Notes: generated by a model from the sequence alone, not told the origin. A DNA stretch of 64,000 bases from Planctomycetota bacterium (GCA_016192525.1 JACPTZ010000132.1:4202-68201), one strand, 5' to 3'; counted from the stretch's first letter, positions 1 to 8,449 are shown. Program-made: numbers and translations.

Positions 1-177
1 GGCGAGACACAGCGCGATCCCGCCGCCGATCGGCATCGGCGCGTCGTGGATCTTGCGCGGACCGGGCGGATCCACAAATCCGCGGCGGCGCGAGACGGCG
101 GCGGCGACGGGCGTGAACGACACGGCCAGGAGAAAGGAGAGGAGGCCCACCCCGAGACCGACGAGTTCCATTTCCAT
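1..177 (-). CDS. Glycosyltransferase family 4 (WecA/MraY-type polyprenyl-phosphate sugar-1-phosphate transferase), N-terminal fragment; gene continues off the left edge
   Basis: My own minus-strand translation from the ATG at 175-177: MEMELVGLGVGLLSFLLAVSFTPVAAAVSRRRGFVDPPGPRKIHDAPMPIGGGIALCLA. It shows an N-terminal TM helix followed by the D-x-P-x-x-RK-x-H...P-x-x-GG motif typical of WecA/MraY N-termini. It starts 3 nt downstream of the pyrF stop. It is absent from the ORF track because it is truncated by the window edge. Confidence 0.5.
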   Translation of the reverse strand, partial: MEMELVGLGVGLLSFLLAVSFTPVAAAVSRRRGFVDPPGPRKIHDAPMPIGGGIALCLA

Positions 178-179
178 CC

Positions 180-1271
180 CTACGGTACGCGCCGGACGCG
201 ATTCAGTTCGTCGCGAAGCGAGGAGGCCGCGGCCTCCACGGCCCGGGCCCAGACCCGCGAGGGGTCCTGCTCGTTCCACGGCGGACTCAGGTGGGCGCCG
301 GCGATGGAGCGGGAGGCCGCGATGAGCGCCCCGCGACCGCCCCGGTCGAAGCAGCCGCGCACATCCTCGGCCGAGCCGCCCTGCGCCCCCACGCCCGGGA
401 CCAGGAACCAGGCGTTCGGCAGGCGGCGTCGGAGCGCCGCCGCCTGGGCCGGGAACGTGGCGCCCACCACCGCGCCGATCGGGCCGTAACCGTCCTTCCC
501 GACGTGCGGCCGGTTCAACCGATGGACAAGATCGGCCACATGCTCGTGGACCCACTGGGCGGATTCGAGGGGAACCGTTCGTTCCGCCTCCGCCCCCTTC
601 GGCCGGCGGGAGCGGGCCGGTGAGACGGGCAGGCCCTGAAGCACCTCGGCGCGCTCGAGGTAACGTCGGGTCTCCCTGGGAAGCCTCGATCGGGTGTCCG
701 GCTTCCCGCCCGGCGGATCGGCCCGGAGGTCCTGCACGTCGCTCCCACCGGGATTCGATGTCTTCACGAGGACGAAGCACCCCTTCCCGCCGGCCACGGC
801 CGCGCGTACGAACGGGGCGAGCCCGTCGGAACCGAAGTAGGGGTTGACCGTGATGGAGTCGGTCTCGAACGCGGCGGGCTGCCTCTGCCGGCCGTCTCCG
901 AGGAAGGCGGCGGCATAGGCCTCGGCGGTGCTCGGAACGTCGCCCCGCTTCACGTCGGCGATGGTGACCAGCCCGCGCTTCCGGGCGTACGCGAGGGCGT
1001 CGGCGAAGACGGCGAGGCCGGGCAGGCCGTACTGCTCGTAGAAGGCGATCTGGGGCTTGACCGCCACGGCATAGGGGGCGATGAGATCGATCAGGGCCCG
1101 CTGGAAACGCCGGATCGACCGGGCGGCCGCGGCCGGAGCAACCCCTCCGGCCGGTGAACGGGGCCGAAAGGCGGGAGGGAAGGAACTCAGCCTCGGATCG
1201 ATTCCGACCACGACCACGGAGCGTTTCCGCTCGACGGCGCGGGCCAGGCGTTCATGGAAGGGAGCGGTCAT
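180..1271 (-). CDS. pyrF: Orotidine 5'-phosphate decarboxylase, type 2 (long form with an internal insertion)
   Basis: 363-aa ORF with ATG at 1269-1271. It carries the type-2 OMP decarboxylase motifs VVVGIDPRL, VKPQIAFYEQYG, IADVKRGDVPSTAEAYA and LVPGVGAQGGS. Confidence 0.85.
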   Translation of the reverse strand: MTAPFHERLARAVERKRSVVVVGIDPRLSSFPPAFRPRSPAGGVAPAAAARSIRRFQRALIDLIAPYAVAVKPQIAFYEQYGLPGLAVFADALAYARKRGLVTIADVKRGDVPSTAEAYAAAFLGDGRQRQPAAFETDSITVNPYFGSDGLAPFVRAAVAGGKGCFVLVKTSNPGGSDVQDLRADPPGGKPDTRSRLPRETRRYLERAEVLQGLPVSPARSRRPKGAEAERTVPLESAQWVHEHVADLVHRLNRPHVGKDGYGPIGAVVGATFPAQAAALRRRLPNAWFLVPGVGAQGGSAEDVRGCFDRGGRGALIAASRSIAGAHLSPPWNEQDPSRVWARAVEAAASSLRDELNRVRRVP

Positions 1272-1384
1272 GTTCGCCGGATTGTACGGGCGGTGCGGAA
1301 CGGCGACAAGCGGTTTCGCTTCCTCCGCCGGCCGCCGCCCGCTAGAATCCGCGGTGTTCTCTCGCCCATCCCAAGGAGAAACGC

Positions 1385-1768
1385 ATGCGCCCTCTTCTGA
1401 CGTCTCTGGTGCTGTCCCTGACCCTCCTCCTCTCGTCCGGCTGCAGCCCCACCCGGGCCTCCGACCCCACCCTCGTCGGTCGGGACGGCTGGGTCAAGAC
1501 CGACATCGTGCCCGGCAAGACCATCCACGTCCAGAGCGGCCTCAAGGCGATCTGGATCACGCCGTCGGACGAGGGCGCGCAGGAGTACCTCGTGCAGGTG
1601 AAGCCGGCCGGCACGGAGGCCCCGGTCTACCCCAACGCCCCCTTCCTCCGCGGGAAGCACTACCTCTACAAGGAGTACCGCTACTACGCCCTTCCGGAAG
1701 GAAAGACATTCCAGAACGTGTACGACTGGTACATGGACTGGTTCGCCTTCGGGAAGGCGCAGAAGTAG
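1385..1768 (+). CDS. Small secreted protein, probable lipoprotein
   Basis: 127-aa ORF with an AAGGAG Shine-Dalgarno 6 nt upstream of the ATG. The N-terminus MRPLLTSLVLSLTLLLSSGC is a signal peptide ending in a lipobox-like SSGC. No recognisable family. Confidence 0.55.
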   Translation: MRPLLTSLVLSLTLLLSSGCSPTRASDPTLVGRDGWVKTDIVPGKTIHVQSGLKAIWITPSDEGAQEYLVQVKPAGTEAPVYPNAPFLRGKHYLYKEYRYYALPEGKTFQNVYDWYMDWFAFGKAQK

Positions 1769-1799
1769 CAGGGCCCTTCAGTTCCTTCGGGCGCAGCTC

Positions 1800-1847
1800 T
1801 TGACCAGGGCGCTTCCGGCCTGTAGGATATTATGTGATTCACATAAT
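1800..1847 (+). promoter_or_regulatory. Putative sigma-70 promoter plus operator palindrome for vapBC
   Basis: TTGACC (1800-1805), a 17-nt spacer, then TAGGAT (1823-1828). This is immediately followed by a perfect 19-bp palindrome ATTATGTGA-T-TCACATAAT (1829-1847), just upstream of the GGAGG SD and the ATG at 1866. This is the classic layout of an autoregulated TA operator. Confidence 0.45.
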
Positions 1848-1865
1848 CACGCAGTGGAGGTGCGG

Positions 1866-2099
1866 ATGAAACGCAACCTGACTCTGGCTATCGAAGAGGA
1901 CGTGTTGCATCGCGCCCGCATCGTCGCCGCTCAGCGCAAGCGGACGCTGACCTCGATCGTCAGGGACTATCTGTGTGGACTCGCCCGGGAGGACCGGGAA
2001 CGCGCTGCCTCCCTGAGTCGCCTGCGCCGACTCATGGAGAAGAAGCCCCTCGTCGTCGGTCCCCGACGCTGGCGCCGAGAGCGTCTCCATGAGAGATAG
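1866..2099 (+). CDS. vapB: Ribbon-helix-helix (CopG/VapB-like) antitoxin
   Basis: The internal ATG at 1866 has a GGAGG SD 6 nt upstream; the 1800 start in the track is probably too long. MKRNLTLAIEEDVLHRARIVAAQRKRTLTSIVRDYL fits an RHH beta-strand plus helix. It overlaps the downstream PIN gene by 11 nt. Confidence 0.65.
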   Translation: MKRNLTLAIEEDVLHRARIVAAQRKRTLTSIVRDYLCGLAREDRERAASLSRLRRLMEKKPLVVGPRRWRRERLHER

Positions 2100-2514
2100 G
2101 TGCTTCTTCGACACGAACATCCTCGTCTACGCCTTTGACGCCGGCGATCCGGCCCGACAGAAGACGGCGTCCGCCCTGCTCCAGGAGGGACTGGCGACGA
2201 GCACGGCCACCCTGAGCTTCCAGGTCCTCCACGAGTTTTTCGTCGTCGTCACCCGCAAGATCCCCGTGCCGCTCCCGCCCGCCTCGGCCCGGTCGGTCGT
2301 CGCCGATCTGCTGAGACACCGCGTTGTCGAGCCAAGCGGCGCCCAACTCCTGGCCGCGATCGATCTATCCCGAACAGGAAGGACGTCCTTCTGGGATGCC
2401 CTCATCGTGATGGCGGCCGCGAGCGCAGGCTGCAGCACGCTTTACACAGAAGACCTCAATCACGGAGAGGTGTACGCGGGGGTCCGCGCCGTCAATCCGT
2501 TCCGCGCTCCGTGA
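2089..2514 (+). CDS. vapC: PIN-domain toxin (VapC family ribonuclease)
   Basis: 141 aa. It has the N-terminal FFDTNILVYAF acidic motif, plus FWDALIVMAA and LYTEDLNHG (conserved PIN Asp/Glu positions). It overlaps the upstream antitoxin gene. Confidence 0.8.
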   Translation: MRDRCFFDTNILVYAFDAGDPARQKTASALLQEGLATSTATLSFQVLHEFFVVVTRKIPVPLPPASARSVVADLLRHRVVEPSGAQLLAAIDLSRTGRTSFWDALIVMAAASAGCSTLYTEDLNHGEVYAGVRAVNPFRAP

Positions 2515-3037
2515 GCTTCCGGCGAACCGCGGAGAAGAAGTCAAGGTAAGCGGGGGTCCGGTAGTCCGGATAGGTCCAGGGTTGCGGCCGGAAGACCCCG
2601 TCCTGCCAGTGGAGCGTGACCTCGGCGAAGATGCCGTCGCGCAGATAGACGCGATGGGAGAAGTCCTTGGTCGTGGCCAGGACCAGCTTGGAGGGCGTGA
2701 TGTAGCCGGGGTCGAGATTGACGGGGCGCCGCACCCCGAGCCGCGCCGCATGGCGGCGGGCGAACTCCTCCTCGAGGGAGATCGACCGGCGCTTGAGATC
2801 GGGAAGGGAAGCGGCGTCGATCGTCCGCTCGAAGGAGAAGATGGCGCGCACGAGCCCCGTCCCCATCTCCGGCTCGTAGTAGCGGGTGAAGTCGAAGGGA
2901 AGCGGGCCGAGTTCGAGATCGACCGGACCGTGTTCCGCCGCCAGCGTCGCACGAATCTCCGCGAGGAGGTCCGGGGCGCCGGTCAGCACCCCCACCGCCA
3001 GCCGGACGGATCGCAGCGATTCGGGATCGGTCCGCAT
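2492..3037 (-). CDS. DUF4416-family protein
   Basis: Start taken at the ATG at 3035-3037 (MRTDPESL...), which forms an ATGA overlap with the stop of the upstream DMT gene. The motifs FDFTRYYEPEMG, VNLDPGYITPSKLVLATTKDFSHRVYL and PWTYPDY match my memory of DUF4416. The longer 3220 start would overlap the DMT gene. Confidence 0.6.
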   Translation of the reverse strand: MRTDPESLRSVRLAVGVLTGAPDLLAEIRATLAAEHGPVDLELGPLPFDFTRYYEPEMGTGLVRAIFSFERTIDAASLPDLKRRSISLEEEFARRHAARLGVRRPVNLDPGYITPSKLVLATTKDFSHRVYLRDGIFAEVTLHWQDGVFRPQPWTYPDYRTPAYLDFFSAVRRKLTERGTD

Positions 3038-3375
3038 CACCCCTTGAACACAAAGAAGACGGCGGCCACGAGGCAGGCGAACCCCGCGAGGTGGTTCCAC
3101 TTCAGCCCCTCGCCGAAGTAAAGAACGACGAACGACCCGAAGATGAGCAGATTGAGCACCTCCTGGATCGTCTTCAACTGGACGAGGGAGTACTGCCCCG
3201 GACCGTTCCCGTGTCCCCACCGGTTCGCGGGCACCTGGAAGCAGTACTCGACAAAAGCGATGAGCCAGGAGGCCAGGATGACCTTCCAGAGCACGGCCTC
3301 CTTGAACTTGAGATGGCCGTACCAGGCGGCCGTCATGAAGGCGTTGGAGACGGCGAGAAGAACGATGGTCTGCAT
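3037..3375 (-). CDS. DMT-superfamily small membrane protein (DUF486 / DMT_6 type)
   Basis: 112 aa with four hydrophobic segments and the AWYGHLKF motif characteristic of the DUF486 family. ATG at 3373-3375. Confidence 0.7.
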   Translation of the reverse strand: MQTIVLLAVSNAFMTAAWYGHLKFKEAVLWKVILASWLIAFVEYCFQVPANRWGHGNGPGQYSLVQLKTIQEVLNLLIFGSFVVLYFGEGLKWNHLAGFACLVAAVFFVFKG

Positions 3376-3391
3376 CGGAAGAGAACTCCTT

Positions 3392-3910
3392 TCAGCCGGG
3401 GATGGATTGACGGCGGGACCCCCTCACGCGCGCGCATCGGTCGATCCCGGTCCCTGCTTTCCCGTGAGGCAGACTCCGGCCGACCAGCCGCTCCTGCCGC
3501 GCCCACATCTCCTTTCTGTCGGCGGGACGATGATCGTCGTACCCGCAGAGGTGCAGAATCCCGTGAATCACGTAGCGGATGAGTTCCTCCCGCGCTGGCA
3601 GGCCGCGCCGGCGGGCCTCCCGCCGTGCCGTCGTGGCGGAGACGTAGACTTCGCCGAGCAGCGCTGAAGAAGCAGAGAGAGGCGCCGTCGATCCGTCCAG
3701 GGGAAACGCGATTACGTCCGTCGTCCGGTCGTGGCCGAGGTGCCGGCGGTTGAGCCGGCGGATGGCGCGATCGTCGACGACAACAATGTGGAGGGAGGAG
3801 GTGCGACGCTGATCCTGAAGGACGAGGGAGGCGATGCGCCGAATCGCCGCCACCTTCACCGGAGAGGGCGCGGCGAGCGTGACCTGGATGTCGGCACGAC
3901 GGGCGCTCAT
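3392..3910 (-). CDS. ybeY: rRNA maturation endoribonuclease YbeY
   Basis: Only the C-terminal 172 codons of the 529-aa track ORF are used, starting at the ATG at 3908-3910 (MSARRADIQVTL...). It has the HGILHLCGYDDH zinc-binding motif and DVIAFP. There is a 4-nt overlap with the uvrA stop. Confidence 0.8.
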   Translation of the reverse strand: MSARRADIQVTLAAPSPVKVAAIRRIASLVLQDQRRTSSLHIVVVDDRAIRRLNRRHLGHDRTTDVIAFPLDGSTAPLSASSALLGEVYVSATTARREARRRGLPAREELIRYVIHGILHLCGYDDHRPADRKEMWARQERLVGRSLPHGKAGTGIDRCARVRGSRRQSIPG

Positions 3911-6873
3911 GGCCGGTCCGCGGGCTCCCGCGCCACGCCGGAGGAGGGGACGGAGGCTGAAAGGCCTGCACCACCGGAGGCGGGCGAGGCGGAGACCACG
4001 GCCGGCGCACTTGAGGCGCTGCGCCCGCGGGGAGCGCGCCCGACGCCGTTCCCCGTCTTCTGACCGTTCCGCAGGTACGGCCGCAGGTGCTGCCCCGTGT
4101 GCGATCGCTCCTCGCGGGAGAGCGACTCCGGCGTCCCGCACGCCACGACCTGGCCCCCCTTCTCCCCCCCCTCGGGTCCGAGGTCGATCACCCAGTCGGC
4201 CGTCTTGATGACGTGCATGTTGTGCTCGATCACGAGCACCGTGTTGCCGAGCGAGACGAGCTGGTTCAGGACTTCGAGCAGCTTCGAGATGTCGGCGAAG
4301 TGGAGCCCGGTGGTGGGCTCGTCGAGGATGTACAGGGTCTGTCCGCCGGAGGTCTTGCCGAGTTCCGCGGCGAGCTTCACCCGCTGCGCCTCGCCGCCCG
4401 AGAGCGTCGTCGAAGCCTGACCCACCGCCACGTATCCGAGGCCGACGGCGTCCAGCGTGGCCAGCACCCGCTGGATCTTCGGGAAGGCGTCGAAGAACCG
4501 GAGCGCCTCCTCGATGGGCATCGCCAGGACGTCGGCGATCGATTTCCCCTTGTACTTCACCTCGAGCGTCTCGCGGTTGTACCGCTTCCCCTTGCACTCC
4601 TCGCACGTGACATAGACATCCGGCAGGAAGTGCATCTCGATGACTTTCTGTCCCTGCCCCTCGCAGGCCTCGCACCGGCCGCCCTTCAGGTTGAAGGAGA
4701 ATCGACCCGGCGAGTAGCCGCGCATCCTCGCCTCCTTCACCATCGCATAGAGGCGGCGGACTTCGTCGAAGGCCCCGGTGTAGGTGGCCGGGTTCGAGCG
4801 CGGCGTGCGGCCGATCGGCGACTGGTCGATGACGATGACCTTCTCCAGGGCCGATCCGCACAGAATCCGGTCGTGCGCCCCCGGGCGCTCCCGGCTGCCG
4901 TACAGGCGGCGCATCAGCCCCTTGTACAGGATCTCGTTCACCAGCGTGCTCTTCCCGGAACCGGAGACCCCGGTCACGCACACGAAGCAGCCGAGCGGGA
5001 CCTTCACGTCGATCCTCTTGAGGTTGTTCTCGCGCGCTCCGCGGACCTCGATCGAGGCCTCCGGGGCGGACGGGCGGCGCATCTTCGGAACCGGGATCGA
5101 AAGCGCCCCGGTGAGGTACTGGGCGGTCAGCGACGCGCGGTTCCGGAGGACCTCGTCGCGCGGCCCGGCGGCCACGACGCGCCCGCCGTGCAGGCCGGCG
5201 CCCGGTCCGATGTCGACGAGGTGGTCCGCGGCCCGGATCGTGTCCTCGTCGTGCTCCACCACGATGACGGTGTTCCCGAGATCGCGCAAATGTTCGAGCG
5301 TGGAGAGCAGCCGCACGTTGTCCCGCTGGTGGAGTCCGATCGTGGGCTCATCGAGGACGTAGCAGACCCCCACGAGACCGCTCCCCACCTGCGACGCGAG
5401 CCGGATCCGCTGCGCCTCGCCGCCCGAGAGGGTGGCGCTGCGGCGGTCGAGCGTGAGGTAGCCCAACCCGACGTCCGCCAGGAATCCGGTGCGGGCGCGG
5501 ATTTCCTTGAGCACCCCGGCGGCGATCGTCTTCTGCTCCTCGTTGAGGACGAGTCCGTCGGCCCAGCGCAGCACCTCCTCGACGGTGCAGGCGGTCACCT
5601 CCTGGATGTTCTTCCCCCCCACCCGGACGGCGAGCGATTCCTTGCGGAGCCGGCTCCCCTTGCAGGTGGGACAGGGGAGTTCGCTCATGTACTCGAGGAT
5701 CTTGCGCTTGATGTAGTCGCTCTCCGTGGAGGCGAACCGCCGCTCGAGCGAGGGGATGACCCCCTCGAAGGCGGCGCCGTGGCGCGCCTCGTCCTCCGGC
5801 TGGGAGCCGTGGAGAAGCAGCCGCCTCTGCGGGTCCGAGAGTTTCTGAAAGGGGACGTCCATCGGCACCTCGAAGGTGCCGCAGAATTCGCGGAGGACCC
5901 GGCTGTAGTAGATCGCCATCCGGCGACCCGCCTTCCTCCACGCCTCGATCGCCCCGGCCCGGAGCGAGAGCGTCTTGTCCGGCACGATCAGATCGATGTC
6001 GAGCTCCATTTTTGTTCCGAGGCCGTCGCACGTCGGACAGGCCCCGTACGGGGAGTTGAACGAGAAGGAGCGCGGGGCCAGTTCCTCGAGCGAGATCCCG
6101 CAGCGGGGGCAGGCGTATCTCTCGCTGCAGAGGATGTCGGCGGTCGAGTGGCCGTCGTCGCGGACGGCGACGAGGACTCCCTCACCGATCCGGAGGGCGG
6201 TCTCCACCGAGTCGGCCAGGCGCGGCCGGTCGGTCTTTCCGAGTTCGAGCCGGTCGATCACCGCCTCGATGGTGTGCTTGCGGTGCTTCTCCAGGTCCGG
6301 TACATCCTTGAGTTCGCACATCCGGCCGTTGACGCGGACGCGGACGAATCCCTCCCTTCGGATGCGGGAGAAGATGTCGCGGTGCTCCCCCTTGCGGCCG
6401 CGGACGATCGGGGCGAGAAGGGTGCAGCGGGTGCCGGCGGGCCAGGCGGAGAGGGTCTCGATGATGCGGGCCGCGGACTGGCGGTCGATGGGGTCGCCGC
6501 ACTTCCAGCAGTGGGGCGTGCCGACGCGGGCGAAGAGGACGCGGAGATAGTCGAAAATCTCGGTCTGGGTGGCGACGGTGGAACGGGGCGTCCCGGTGCC
6601 CGACCGCTGTTCGATGGAGATCGTGGGCGGCAGGCCGTCGATCCGTTCGACGTCCGGCTTCTGCATCTGCTCGAGGAATTGCCGGGCGTAGGCGGAGAGC
6701 GATTCGACGTAACGTCGCTGTCCCTCGGCATAGATCGTGTCGAAGGCGAGGGAGGACTTGCCCGAACCGCTCAGGCCGGTGACGACGACGAGGCGGTCGC
6801 GGGGGATGTCCAGGGAGACGTTCTGGAGGTTGTTCTCACGGGCGCCGACGACGGAAATGGCGGGAATGGCCAT
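3907..6873 (-). CDS. uvrA: Excinuclease ABC subunit A
   Basis: 988 aa. The N-terminus is GARENNLQNVSLDIPRDRLVVVTGLSGSGKSSLAFDTIYAEGQRRYVESLSAYARQF. It has a second ABC module (VTGVSGSGKSTL), LSGGEAQR signatures twice, and Zn-finger Cys pairs. The C-terminal ~50 aa is a low-complexity extension. Confidence 0.97.
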   Translation of the reverse strand: MAIPAISVVGARENNLQNVSLDIPRDRLVVVTGLSGSGKSSLAFDTIYAEGQRRYVESLSAYARQFLEQMQKPDVERIDGLPPTISIEQRSGTGTPRSTVATQTEIFDYLRVLFARVGTPHCWKCGDPIDRQSAARIIETLSAWPAGTRCTLLAPIVRGRKGEHRDIFSRIRREGFVRVRVNGRMCELKDVPDLEKHRKHTIEAVIDRLELGKTDRPRLADSVETALRIGEGVLVAVRDDGHSTADILCSERYACPRCGISLEELAPRSFSFNSPYGACPTCDGLGTKMELDIDLIVPDKTLSLRAGAIEAWRKAGRRMAIYYSRVLREFCGTFEVPMDVPFQKLSDPQRRLLLHGSQPEDEARHGAAFEGVIPSLERRFASTESDYIKRKILEYMSELPCPTCKGSRLRKESLAVRVGGKNIQEVTACTVEEVLRWADGLVLNEEQKTIAAGVLKEIRARTGFLADVGLGYLTLDRRSATLSGGEAQRIRLASQVGSGLVGVCYVLDEPTIGLHQRDNVRLLSTLEHLRDLGNTVIVVEHDEDTIRAADHLVDIGPGAGLHGGRVVAAGPRDEVLRNRASLTAQYLTGALSIPVPKMRRPSAPEASIEVRGARENNLKRIDVKVPLGCFVCVTGVSGSGKSTLVNEILYKGLMRRLYGSRERPGAHDRILCGSALEKVIVIDQSPIGRTPRSNPATYTGAFDEVRRLYAMVKEARMRGYSPGRFSFNLKGGRCEACEGQGQKVIEMHFLPDVYVTCEECKGKRYNRETLEVKYKGKSIADVLAMPIEEALRFFDAFPKIQRVLATLDAVGLGYVAVGQASTTLSGGEAQRVKLAAELGKTSGGQTLYILDEPTTGLHFADISKLLEVLNQLVSLGNTVLVIEHNMHVIKTADWVIDLGPEGGEKGGQVVACGTPESLSREERSHTGQHLRPYLRNGQKTGNGVGRAPRGRSASSAPAVVSASPASGGAGLSASVPSSGVAREPADRP

Positions 6874-6892
6874 GGTTTGCCTCGAAAGGCGC

Positions 6893-6960
6893 TCGTAGTG
6901 CGCCCGTCAGGGCGCGGGCGATGACCCGGGGGGAACGCGCCCTCGCGGGCGCACTACGAA
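6893..6960. repeat. REP-like element: two inverted copies of a 24-nt hairpin-containing repeat
   Basis: TCGTAGTGCGCCCGTCAGGGCGCG (6893-6916) and CGCGCCCTCGCGGGCGCACTACGA (6937-6960) are reverse complements apart from 3 of the 4 loop positions. Each arm contains a GCGCCC-N4-GGGCGC hairpin. A third copy is at 13114-13137. Confidence 0.7.
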
Positions 6961-7087
6961 CGGCGCAGGGGGGAGTTTTGCGGTCTCCCGAATCCCGTGA
7001 TTCTAGTTTCGGAGGGGGCGGGATGCAAGTCAAAGAAGCCCGCTCGCCCGATCGTCACGGAGGCGCACCCACGCGGAGAAAGCAGGC

Positions 7088-7990
7088 TCAGTGCGCCGGG
7101 CCGTCGGGAGAGGCCTCGGAGGCGCGGGGGGGGACGGGGTAATCGCCGATCGTGCCGCGTTCGATCTCGGCCAGGCGGCGGTCGCAGGCCTCGGCACCGA
7201 GCGGGTTGCCGCGGCGACGGGCGATCTCGCGCATCGCCTTCCAGGCCTCGGTGCGGATCTCGGGATCGCCGTGCCGGTCGGCGAGAAGCGTTGCCTCGTG
7301 CGCCGACTCCTCGGCGTCCGAGGGACGCGCCCGGCGGAGGAGAAAGAGGGCGAGATCGGTGGCGGCGATGGCCGCCCGCTCCAGGTTCTGGTGCTTCTTC
7401 GCGAGGTCGAGCGAGCGGCGGAAGAAGACCTCCGCCTCGTCCATCTGACCCATCTCCTCGCACGTCGCTCCGATGTTCTTGAGCGCGAGCGAGGCGTGAC
7501 CGGGGTCGTCCACCCGCTCGTAGGCGTTCAGGGCCGACTCGAAGTGCGCCCTCGCCTTCTCGTGGAAACCGAGGTCGGAGGCGACGACGCCGAACATCGT
7601 CTCGAGGCCCGCCGCCAGTTCAAATCCCTGCTGCGAGATCTTCGGAAGCAGCTTCTCGGCCTCGAGCAGGGAATTGAGCGCGGCCTCCGTGAGTTCGTAG
7701 TCGGCCAGGAGGGCGGCCTCCTCGAAGTAGGCCACGAGGAGGACGCGGGCCGGGGTGTCGTCTTCCCTGAAGAGCGGGCCGAGGCGGCGGAGCGCCTCCT
7801 CCACCCGGTTGCATCGGCGGAGGGCGCCGCAGAGGTTCACCGTCATGGCGGCGACGAGGTCCGGGGCGCGCTTCCGGGCCACGGTCACGCCCTGCTGGAA
7901 CGCCTCGAGGGCGAGTTCGTGCCGCCCCTCGGCGGTGCAACGGGCGCCGACGTCGCGAAGGCGCCGGACCTCCGGGTCGTGAAACTCCAT
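7088..7990 (-). CDS. Tetratricopeptide-repeat protein
   Basis: 300 aa with ATG at 7988-7990. It has repeated ~34-aa helical units with A/L/Y/F/A spacing (e.g. EKARAHFESALNAYERVDD, DEAEVFFRRSLDLAKK). No catalytic motif is visible. Confidence 0.7.
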   Translation of the reverse strand: MEFHDPEVRRLRDVGARCTAEGRHELALEAFQQGVTVARKRAPDLVAAMTVNLCGALRRCNRVEEALRRLGPLFREDDTPARVLLVAYFEEAALLADYELTEAALNSLLEAEKLLPKISQQGFELAAGLETMFGVVASDLGFHEKARAHFESALNAYERVDDPGHASLALKNIGATCEEMGQMDEAEVFFRRSLDLAKKHQNLERAAIAATDLALFLLRRARPSDAEESAHEATLLADRHGDPEIRTEAWKAMREIARRRGNPLGAEACDRRLAEIERGTIGDYPVPPRASEASPDGPAH

Positions 7991-8054
7991 GGGCGGTGGA
8001 CCTCCAGTCCCGGGGGCATCCTAACGCAAAAGCTCCGCACAACGGAGGAAAAAC

Positions 8055-8081
8055 CGCGAATTTCGCGAATGGCGCGAATTC
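8055..8081. repeat. Three tandem 9-mers, CGCGAA-NNN x3
   Basis: CGCGAATTT CGCGAATGG CGCGAATTC read directly from the sequence, 65-90 nt upstream of the TPR gene start (minus strand). Confidence 0.7.
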
Positions 8082-8120
8082 AAGAAACAGAGGAAACAAC
8101 GGAAACGGAGGCCGTCAGGG

Positions 8121-8340
8121 AACAACAACAACAACAACAACAACAACAGCAGCAACAACAGCAACAACAACAGCGACAACAGCAACAAGAACAGCGACAA
8201 CAGCCACAAGAACAGCGACTACAGCCACAACAACAGCGACTACAGCCACAACAACAGCGACTACAGCCACAACAACAGCGACTACAGCCACAACAACAGC
8301 GACTACAGCCACAACAACAGCGACAACAGCCGAAGCAGAA
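8121..8340. repeat. Trinucleotide microsatellite (CAA/CAG)n merging into a 21-nt VNTR
   Basis: (CAA)9-(CAG)2-... followed by degenerate and then five perfect tandem copies of CAGCGACTACAGCCACAACAA (8213-8317). It is intergenic, between the nucleotidyltransferase stop (8450) and the TPR gene start (7990). Confidence 0.9.
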
Positions 8341-8449
8341 TGACGGAAGCAGATTCCGTAACAACGGCTGAGGCAACTGAGAAGGTAAACGAATCCTGGA
8401 GCAGAGGGACCGGAAGAGCACAGCGGGTGACGGAGTTTCGGACCGGCGG

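Noticed and set aside
3392-4981. A 529-aa minus-strand ORF.
   Set aside because: Only the last 172 codons (ybeY, from the ATG at 3908-3910) make sense. The upstream part is an out-of-frame read-through of the uvrA coding region.
4087-6924. A 945-aa plus-strand ORF covering uvrA.
   Set aside because: It is antisense to an unmistakable uvrA and has a low-complexity Arg/Gly/Asp/Leu composition.
8121-8340. Possibility that the 21-nt tandem repeats are a CRISPR array.
   Set aside because: The repeats are directly adjacent with no spacers, the unit is too short, and no cas genes are present.
8069-8371. A poly-Gln ORF on the plus strand (MARIQETEETTETEAVREQQQQ...QRLQPQQ x5...), which would make the microsatellite coding.
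   Set aside because: There is no SD at usable distance (the GGAGG is ~20 nt away). CAA-dominated Gln codons are at odds with the strong GC3 bias of every other gene. The rest of the track ORF (7091-8371) is antisense to the TPR gene. I kept it only as an alternative hypothesis in the VNTR finding.
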